From contig CAVRPK010000001.1 of NCBI GenBank assembly GCA_963723105.1, positions 208,543 to 272,542 on the forward strand: a stretch of 64,000 nt of DNA, written 5' to 3'. Below the pieces are notes generated by a model. It had not been told where the DNA came from. It was given only the letters and a program-made list of their open reading frames with translations, and searched no databases. Positions 57,162-64,000 of the stretch are shown in pieces (the stretch's first letter is position 1; every line of letters starts with the position of its first letter). The DNA is from an uncultured Candidatus Micrarchaeota archaeon. GTDB lineage: Archaea; Micrarchaeota; Micrarchaeia; Anstonellales; Bilamarchaeaceae. The translations under genes and the position numbers were made by a program.

Positions 57162-58484
57162 ATGCGAATGGAAAAAGTTAGAGAATATTTATTTGCACTT
57201 AGAAAAAGCGGAGCAAAGCTTGGTCTTGAGCGGGTAATCGATCTGGCAGCAGAACTTGGAAACCCGCAAAATGATTACAGAACAATACTAATTGGAGGAA
57301 CCAGCGGCAAAGGCTCAACTACTGTAATTCTGGATTCACTGCTTCAGGAAAGCGGACTTGTAGTTGGCAGGTATACAAGCCCGCACATGAGCGACCTTCG
57401 AGAGAGAATTGCAGTAAATGGAGAAAAAATTTCTGAGCTTGAACTTGAGCAGATAATCAGCGAGATCAAAGCAGTAATTGCCATAATGAAAGAGCGCGAA
57501 AATTTTGAACATCCGACTTTTTTTGAAATTATGAGTATGGCTGCATTTGTTTATTTCCAAAAGAAAAAAGTTGATATTGCAGTTTTGGAAGTTGGACTTG
57601 GAGGAAGATTAGATGCAACAAACATCTGCAAGGCAGAAGCATCCATTGTAACTAATGTTTCGCTTGAGCATACCAGAATTCTTGGAGACACTGTTGCAAA
57701 AATTGCATATGAAAAGGCTGGAATCATAAAAGAAAATGGAGTTCTGATAAGTGCTGCAAAGGGCGATGCCATAGAGGTTCTTGAGAGAGTTAGTAGAGAG
57801 AGAAACAGCAAATTGATGAGAGTTGATCGCGAAATTTTAATCAAAAAGATCGAAAAATCTGGAAATGGACAAAAATTCAGTATTGAAATTAATGGAAATG
57901 AGTATTTTGGATTTATTCCGCTTCTTGGAGTATACCAGATAGAAAATCTGGCATGTGCACTTGGAGCAATTCATGTAATTGGAATTGAAATTTCAGATGA
58001 AACCCTAAAGCAGGGACTTTCAAAAATAAGCTGGCCAGGGCGAATGGAAATAGTTCAGAAAGAGCCCCTGGTGATTCTAGACTGTGCAAAAGATCCAGAT
58101 GCAATGAAAAAATTAAGAGAAACAATTGAAGGTTTCGAATACAAAAAACTCATTGTAGTTCTTGGAATTTCATCAGACAAAAATCTGGAGGCGATGACAG
58201 TGGAGATTGCAAAGATAAGCAACCAGCTCATCATAACTGCGCACAAGGTAATGGAGCGGGCAGCAGACCCAAAACTGCTTGCTAGGATCATCGAAAAACA
58301 CTCAAAGAAATGGATTATTGTTGATGATGTGAAGCAAGCTACCAAAAAGGCTATTGAAATAGCTGAAGCTGGAGATATTGTCCTTGTTACTGGATCATTA
58401 TTCACAGTTGCAGAAGCACGCGAGATTTGGCACACTGATAAGGCAAAGCTTGGACGGGAATTCAATGAAGTACCTCGCAAATAG
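57162..58484 (+). CDS. folC: folylpolyglutamate synthase/dihydrofolate synthase (Mur ligase family)
   Basis: IGGTSGKGST P-loop, VLEVGLGGRLDATN, HTRILGDT, ITAHKV...LVTGSLF. Confidence 0.75.
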   Translation: MRMEKVREYLFALRKSGAKLGLERVIDLAAELGNPQNDYRTILIGGTSGKGSTTVILDSLLQESGLVVGRYTSPHMSDLRERIAVNGEKISELELEQIISEIKAVIAIMKERENFEHPTFFEIMSMAAFVYFQKKKVDIAVLEVGLGGRLDATNICKAEASIVTNVSLEHTRILGDTVAKIAYEKAGIIKENGVLISAAKGDAIEVLERVSRERNSKLMRVDREILIKKIEKSGNGQKFSIEINGNEYFGFIPLLGVYQIENLACALGAIHVIGIEISDETLKQGLSKISWPGRMEIVQKEPLVILDCAKDPDAMKKLRETIEGFEYKKLIVVLGISSDKNLEAMTVEIAKISNQLIITAHKVMERAADPKLLARIIEKHSKKWIIVDDVKQATKKAIEIAEAGDIVLVTGSLFTVAEAREIWHTDKAKLGREFNEVPRK

Positions 58485-58513
58485 CTTTAAAGTTTGAGTG
58501 AAGATATAGCACC

Positions 58514-59779
58514 ATGAACTTCAAATATATGCTATTATTGCTTATTTTATCACAAATAGTGATTGCAGATTGCGCTGGATATGTTGATGAATTCAGCGTA
58601 AGGGTTCTTGATGCCAAAAACAGGCCGATTGAAGGCGCTGATGTCTGGGTCAAATTTGACAGAGGAACTTTGTTTGGTGAACAGTATTTCACAACTGAGA
58701 TAAGACAAACAGATGCCGCTGGAAAAGTAGACTACCAGATCATAAATCAGGGAACAAATACTCGAGAAATTGACTGTGCTATAGTAATTAATGGATCTGC
58801 TGGAGGCGGAACAAAAGAAATTGAAGTAGAAGCAAATGGCCATGGGCCATTAGTAGATGTGATTCTTGATGATGTATACCCTGTGAAGTTCTATGTTAGG
58901 GATCATCTCAATGCTCCAATCGAAAATGCATCAGTCACAATTGGAGACAAAAGCGGAAAAACAAACGAATATGGTTATGTGAAGTATCTTTTTGTTGAAG
59001 GGAGTTATGATTATCTTTCCAGCTATGAGATTGCAAAACAGGCAGGAACGATAGTAGTTGAAGGAGAAGATGTTGAATTTGCAGCAATATTTCCACATTA
59101 TCACATATACGTGGATGTACTAGATGATTATGGAGATCCTCTTCCAGTAAATCTCACAGTCCTCAATGAAACAGTATATTTACCAGATGGCCATTATGAA
59201 AATGAGAAAATATTTGGAGATTACATACCATACAAAATAGGATACAAAGGACTTGAAAAAAACGGAGAAATTCTGGCAATTGAAAACCCAAGAGCAGAAA
59301 TTATTCTGGATATTCACGCACCTCTCTTTGGAGAAGTGGTCTCAGAGACAATAGCCAACAGGACAAAACTCAACATCCCAATCAGTGATCCTGGAGCAGA
59401 TGCAAGCGGGGTTGATGTAAAAACACTTCAAGTACAATACAGACTAGAGCCAGCAGATGCAAGTACTCCTTGGAACACAGCAGTTGTGTTTACCACAGGC
59501 TTTAATACTTTTGCGGCCGAATTTCCTGAGTTGGCTCCAGATAGTATTGTCCAATTCACAATTGAAGTGAAGGACAAAGAGGGCAACAAAGCAACACTTG
59601 GTGGAAAATTTTCAACACTTGTTGGAACCGCTCCACCAATTAACAACACACAAAACCAGACAAATCCACAAGAAACGCCAGGTGAAAGTCAGGAAATACC
59701 ACTACTTTACATAATAGTTGTGGTTTTTGTTGTGATTTTTGCCATTATTTTGGTAAAAAAATTGAAAAGCAACGAATAG
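58514..59779 (+). CDS. surface protein with carboxypeptidase-regulatory-like beta-sandwich repeats and C-terminal TM anchor
   Basis: Signal MNFKYMLLLLILSQIVIADC. Repeats VRVLDAKNRPIEGADVWV / FYVRDHLNAPIENASVTI. C-terminal LLYIIVVVFVVIFAIILVKKLK. Confidence 0.55.
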   Translation: MNFKYMLLLLILSQIVIADCAGYVDEFSVRVLDAKNRPIEGADVWVKFDRGTLFGEQYFTTEIRQTDAAGKVDYQIINQGTNTREIDCAIVINGSAGGGTKEIEVEANGHGPLVDVILDDVYPVKFYVRDHLNAPIENASVTIGDKSGKTNEYGYVKYLFVEGSYDYLSSYEIAKQAGTIVVEGEDVEFAAIFPHYHIYVDVLDDYGDPLPVNLTVLNETVYLPDGHYENEKIFGDYIPYKIGYKGLEKNGEILAIENPRAEIILDIHAPLFGEVVSETIANRTKLNIPISDPGADASGVDVKTLQVQYRLEPADASTPWNTAVVFTTGFNTFAAEFPELAPDSIVQFTIEVKDKEGNKATLGGKFSTLVGTAPPINNTQNQTNPQETPGESQEIPLLYIIVVVFVVIFAIILVKKLKSNE

Positions 59780-59880
59780 AAAGGTGTCTTCACAAACAAC
59801 ATCTTTTTAAACTGTGTGTTTTATAGTATTGTATGGAAGAAACATACAAGATCATAAATTATCATATTTAAGGTGATGCC

Positions 59881-60612
59881 ATGCCTCGAGGAAAAAAAAT
59901 TATTATTGAAACAGAAATCAATGACGACTTTGTCGACAGATTTAGATCTATCGACATTGGGGAGATTAGGAAAGGCCGAACTAAGACCGAGAAAGGCCTC
60001 TCTTCATCAATATCTAACGTCTTTAAAGTAGCTCAAAATTTATATCGACAAAAAGCTTCTGAAGACGAGCTCGAAGAAAAACATGATTTGTATTCTGTGA
60101 GATCTGCATATGACTATTTGAAGAATAATGGAGTTTTCATTTCATTCAGAGCATTTGGTGGAAGAATCGAGAGAGGAACAATCCCATTTGTCAAAGTAGG
60201 AAGAAAGAGATATATTCCAAAAAGCGTTCTTGACGATATTACCAACACAAAAGGTGAATTTTACACAGTAAAAGAAGCCTACGAACAGTATAGAAAAGCA
60301 AACCCAAAGATCAACTTCAGAGCATTTATTGGAAGAATTGAGAAGGGATCTATTCCATCTGTTAAATTCGGAACAAGAAGGCTTGTTCCAAGAGAAGCAA
60401 TCGAATCACTTACTCATATCAGTTCAAATTACTTCTCAGTAAGCCAGGCAATTAAAGAGCTTCACAAAGGAGGCATCAGGATCAAGAGAAACGCATTTGA
60501 GCGAAGACTTGATCGTGGAAGAATCCCACATGTTAAAATTGGTGGTCGAAGATTCATCCATGAAGATGTACTTCGAGAGCTTGTTGGCAAAGAAGTATCT
60601 CTTAGAAAATAA
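59881..60612 (+). CDS. DNA-binding protein with three tandem excisionase/MerR-type HTH (HTH_17-like) repeats
   Basis: Three repeats: FRAFGGRIERGTIPFVKVGRKRYIPKSVLDDI, FRAFIGRIEKGSIPSVKFGTRRLVPREAIESL, NAFERRLDRGRIPHVKIGGRRFIHEDVLREL. Confidence 0.6.
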   Translation: MPRGKKIIIETEINDDFVDRFRSIDIGEIRKGRTKTEKGLSSSISNVFKVAQNLYRQKASEDELEEKHDLYSVRSAYDYLKNNGVFISFRAFGGRIERGTIPFVKVGRKRYIPKSVLDDITNTKGEFYTVKEAYEQYRKANPKINFRAFIGRIEKGSIPSVKFGTRRLVPREAIESLTHISSNYFSVSQAIKELHKGGIRIKRNAFERRLDRGRIPHVKIGGRRFIHEDVLRELVGKEVSLRK

Positions 60613-60699
60613 CATTCCAAAAGGCATCTAATTTTCTTTTTTTCTTTATCCTAGTTGTACTTTTAGTAAGTTTTAAATAGTGGTAATGCACATAATCAT

Positions 60700-61536
60700 A
60701 TGGTCCAAATGAAATTGAGAAGAAGGGTAGAAACGCATGCGGTTAAGATTGTCCAAAAGAGATTAGAAAATGTAATAAAAACCAGGCCAGTAAGACCATT
60801 TAATTCTAAACCAGTGAGATCAGAAGGAGAACAGGACAGAAAACCACCCAGAACAACACACACCCAAACTAAGCCAAGGGCAGAGCTGGAGAAAATAGCA
60901 ACAAAAGGCAGCATGGGCGAGATTATCAAGACCCTTGAAAACGGCCATCTTGAGCAGGCAGGAGGATACAGGGAAGCTGCAATAGTAGGACTGCCTGAAG
61001 ATATTCAGAATAATCTTGCAGATAGATTGTACAGAAAAAGAAAGCTGCAAAGAGCTCTAATAAAGGCTGTTTCGTATGCTGTTCCAATTGCGCTTATTTC
61101 AACATTAGCACTAGCAGGCGTTAATTCAGGTGCAATAGGCCTGGTTGTTTTGTTTTCAGTAATATTCAAATACGTAGTGCCAAAATTAATGAAAGACATT
61201 AGCATCAAACCTGGACAGATAGCAGGACTTCTTGAAAGTGGCAATAAGCTGGCAGAAGACGCCAGGCAGACAATTGCAAAGCTGTCCAAAGAGGAATTAT
61301 CGGCATGGTCGCCAAGGTCCAGAACAGATACCAAAAACAGAGTACTTATGAAACCGGCAAACGAAGTGGAGTTGCAAGGAGTTAATAATAATACATGGCA
61401 AGAGTTGCCAAGATTTAATAGATTTGAAGGCCCTCCTGCTGATGGATGGATCACTTTGGATGAGAGATATAGAGAACAGCAAGCAGAAGCAGAATGTCTT
61501 GAAGCAACTGAGCAACAGACCAAAAGAACACGATAG
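60700..61536 (+). CDS. hypothetical membrane protein
   Basis: Basic N-terminus and two central TM helices (AVPIALISTLALAGV, AIGLVVLFSVIFKYVV). No family recognised. Confidence 0.4.
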   Translation: MVQMKLRRRVETHAVKIVQKRLENVIKTRPVRPFNSKPVRSEGEQDRKPPRTTHTQTKPRAELEKIATKGSMGEIIKTLENGHLEQAGGYREAAIVGLPEDIQNNLADRLYRKRKLQRALIKAVSYAVPIALISTLALAGVNSGAIGLVVLFSVIFKYVVPKLMKDISIKPGQIAGLLESGNKLAEDARQTIAKLSKEELSAWSPRSRTDTKNRVLMKPANEVELQGVNNNTWQELPRFNRFEGPPADGWITLDERYREQQAEAECLEATEQQTKRTR

Positions 61537-61574
61537 AGCCCAATTCTTATTATTTTTCCTCTTGATAGATATAT

Positions 61575-63944
61575 ATGAAGAGAAAGAGAGCATATTTCAT
61601 TGATGCTAGTTATATTGTCCGAAAAAACAAAACATATGTTTCATTACTTCTAAAGGGAAAGAAGACAATAAGGTTATACTATCGTGCTGATCCTTATTTC
61701 CTTGTCGATGGACCACTTGATAAGATAGATCAGTTTTTGGATATACAAGCAGTTAGAAAAAACGGAGAGCCCACTTCACCAACACATGTTGAAGAGGTAG
61801 AAAAGCAGATTGGACTTGAGAAAAAGAATTTGATTAAAATCTACTGTGAAGTGCCCTCAGATGTCCCAATAATCAAGCGTAGAGTGCCTTTCAAATGTTA
61901 TGAGTTCAGTATTCCGTTTGCCAGAAGATTTATCTATGACAGGCAAATTTCGCCCTTTGACATCATTACCTATGAGCGAGAAGGACGATTAATCAAGAAA
62001 ATAGTCAAAATAAAGACCCCTGATAAGCCTCCTGAGCTAAGCAGTATGGCATTTGATATTGAAACATATAATCCGAAGGGAATTCCAAGAGAAAACGTGG
62101 ATCCTGTAATTATGATCAGCTATGCTGGAATGGGAAAAGGAGTTCTAACGACTAAGGAATCAAAGAACGATTATGTGAAGAAATTTGAGAGCGAAAAGGA
62201 GATTCTTGAGCAATTCTCCAAGATTGTTGAGGAGAAAGACCCGGATGTGCTCTTTGGATATAACTCGGCGAATTTTGATATTCCATATCTTCAGGCAAGA
62301 GCAGCAAAGCTCCAGGCTAAAATGGAACTTGGGCGATTTGGGGATAAAACACGCGAGCTCAAACGCGGAATGATCAAGGGAATGGAGATAGGCGGAAGAG
62401 TACATGTAGACTTGTATCCTATTGCAAGACTCTTTGGATTTATTGGAGTAATCAAAGCACAGAGATTCACGCTCAATGCAGTTGCAAATGAGGTTCTTGG
62501 AAAGGGCAAAGAAGATGTGAAGCATGATGAGATCTGGCAACTTTGGGATAGTGGTGGCATTGACAAGCTCTCGAAATATTCGATGATTGATTCAGATATC
62601 ACCCACGAACTTGGACTACGATTCCTGCCACTTGAAGTCGAAGTTTCATCAGTTTCAAAAATGCCATTGTTCCAGACAACAATGTCAACAAGCGGACAGT
62701 TAGTTGAAAGCCTTCTGATGTTCAGCGCATCAAACAGAAATATGATTATTCCCCCAAGGCCGATTGGAGATACGATTTATGAGAGGCTCAACGCCCCAAT
62801 CAAGGGAGCTTTTGTAAAGCTGCCAGAGCCAGGAATTTATGATAATATGGCAGTTCTGGACTTTAGAGGACTGTACCCATCGATTATCATCTCATACAAT
62901 ATTGATCCAGCAACTTTGATTGAGGAAGGAGATGGAATAGAATCTCCAACAGGAGCAAAATTTTCAGGAAAAGAAGTAGGACTGATTCCAGGTGTGCTTG
63001 ATTATCTTGTTGATCGAAGAACCAAAATCAAGCAGGAAATAAAAAAACTTGACAAATCAAGTGACGAATATGTACGGATGAGCGCAAGATCTCAAGCTCT
63101 CAAAATTCTATCAAACTCATTTTATGGATACTTAGGATATGCAAGATCCAGGTGGTACTCAAGGCCATGTGCCGAGAGTGTCACTGCATGGGGAAGAAAA
63201 CATATTTCAGAAACAATAGAAATGGCAGAAAAATCAGGATTCCAGGTGCTTTATGCTGACACAGATTCTGTGTTTTTAATTTACAAAAACAAGGACAAAG
63301 TACTAAAATTCATGGAAGATGTGAATGATATATTGCCTGAAAAAATGGAGCTGGAACTTGAAGGATTTTATCCGCGAGGAGTTTTTGTCAGCAAAAAAGG
63401 CGGAGGAGAGCGAGGAGCTAAAAAGAAATATGCTCTTCTTGGAGAAGATGGAAGAATCAAGATAAGAGGCTTTGAGCTTGTTCGAAGAGATTGGTCAAAG
63501 ATCGCAAAGGAAACCCAACGCGCAGTACTGGAAGCGATCCTTATAGAAGGTAGCAAGGAAAAGGCTGTAAAAATCGTAAGGAAAACTATCGAGGATTTAC
63601 AGGCAGGAAAGGTTCCTCTGGAGATGCTTTCAATAAGCACACAGATAAACAAGGATTTAGGTAGCTATGAAGTAAAAAGCCCTGAGCTTACAGCAGCACA
63701 GAAGCTAATGAAAACAGGCGCCCAGGTTGGAAAGGGCACAATGATCACATATGTAGTTGGAAAAACTGGAAAGACAATCTCAGAAAAAGCAGAGCCATTT
63801 GAACTTGCAAAAGATTATGATACTGAATATTATATCAACCACCAAGTTTTGCCAGCTGTAATGAAAATCATGAAAGAACTTGGCTATGATGAATATAGTA
63901 TGAAACATGGCGGCAAGCAGCAAAGTCTTGATTCATTTTTCTAA
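61575..63944 (+). CDS. polB: family B DNA polymerase
   Basis: Exo I FDIET, Exo II NSANFDIPYL, Pol A DFRGLYPSIIISYNI, Pol B KILSNSFYGYLG, Pol C YADTDS. Confidence 0.9.
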   Translation: MKRKRAYFIDASYIVRKNKTYVSLLLKGKKTIRLYYRADPYFLVDGPLDKIDQFLDIQAVRKNGEPTSPTHVEEVEKQIGLEKKNLIKIYCEVPSDVPIIKRRVPFKCYEFSIPFARRFIYDRQISPFDIITYEREGRLIKKIVKIKTPDKPPELSSMAFDIETYNPKGIPRENVDPVIMISYAGMGKGVLTTKESKNDYVKKFESEKEILEQFSKIVEEKDPDVLFGYNSANFDIPYLQARAAKLQAKMELGRFGDKTRELKRGMIKGMEIGGRVHVDLYPIARLFGFIGVIKAQRFTLNAVANEVLGKGKEDVKHDEIWQLWDSGGIDKLSKYSMIDSDITHELGLRFLPLEVEVSSVSKMPLFQTTMSTSGQLVESLLMFSASNRNMIIPPRPIGDTIYERLNAPIKGAFVKLPEPGIYDNMAVLDFRGLYPSIIISYNIDPATLIEEGDGIESPTGAKFSGKEVGLIPGVLDYLVDRRTKIKQEIKKLDKSSDEYVRMSARSQALKILSNSFYGYLGYARSRWYSRPCAESVTAWGRKHISETIEMAEKSGFQVLYADTDSVFLIYKNKDKVLKFMEDVNDILPEKMELELEGFYPRGVFVSKKGGGERGAKKKYALLGEDGRIKIRGFELVRRDWSKIAKETQRAVLEAILIEGSKEKAVKIVRKTIEDLQAGKVPLEMLSISTQINKDLGSYEVKSPELTAAQKLMKTGAQVGKGTMITYVVGKTGKTISEKAEPFELAKDYDTEYYINHQVLPAVMKIMKELGYDEYSMKHGGKQQSLDSFF

Positions 63945-64000
63945 AATTAGTCACGTGCCATGAAATTAACGAAATTTCTAAGAGGTGCAGTATCGGCTCT

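Noticed and set aside
50532-60612. An integrated mobile element at tRNA-Gly (ParB-like nuclease, HTH proteins and unknown repeat proteins nearby)
   Set aside because: No integrase, transposase or capsid/packaging genes were recognised, and no direct repeat of the tRNA end was spotted by eye. The flanking genes (isochorismatase, Nre, folC, polB) look chromosomal. A computational att-repeat search would be needed to exclude it fully.
63960-64000. Start of a plus-strand ORF (MKLTKFLRGAVSA...) at the right edge
   Set aside because: Only 13 codons are visible, too few to support a call.

Overview
AT-rich archaeal chromosomal window. Archaeal identity rests on Rpo7/RpoE', RpoK, an Spt4-like ORF, thermosome, family-B DNA polymerase, ATP-dependent DNA ligase, SRP54, SecF/SecD, an RNase P RNA, an intron-containing tRNA and class-III-signal pilin-like genes. 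A small-genome, DPANN-like origin is only an inference. About half of the window is housekeeping: nfo, ino1, lig, pepA, acyP, ths, srp54, dcd, folC, polB, two aminotransferases, tRNA-Gly. The rest is envelope or accessory. (1) Two tandem, paralogous, translationally coupled cassettes (2714-6968 and 7094-11231, minus strand) each encode a TM-hairpin scaffold protein with a shared basic N-terminus, followed by membrane-anchored Cys-rich ectodomain proteins with a shared C-terminal domain. Cassette B also has two cytoplasmic coiled-coil proteins. I cannot assign this set to any named system, and it is my best candidate for an undescribed envelope-spanning apparatus. (2) Directly upstream lies a roughly 1646-aa cytoplasmic protein ending in a PP2C phosphatase domain. 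Its start region carries a 15-nt sequence identical to an internal gene junction of cassette B. A Hanks-type Ser/Thr kinase with a PEGA-like tail lies on the other side of secFD. (3) A divergent T2SS/T4P-family ATPase and a four-gene operon of pilin-like proteins. (4) Three giant or large surface proteins, two with parallel beta-helix repeats, one of which is split by a frameshift. There is also a lipoprotein made of 10 tandem four-Cys repeats. (5) RNA genes missed by an ORF view: a tRNA-Ala(CGC) whose four stems are perfect but which is interrupted in the D-loop, anticodon loop and T-loop; a compact RNase P RNA; and tRNA-Gly(GCC). Two sub-60-aa transcription genes (rpoK and a cysteine-free spt4-like ORF) are also absent from the ORF track. 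No CRISPR array, rRNA, transposase or integrase was recognised.
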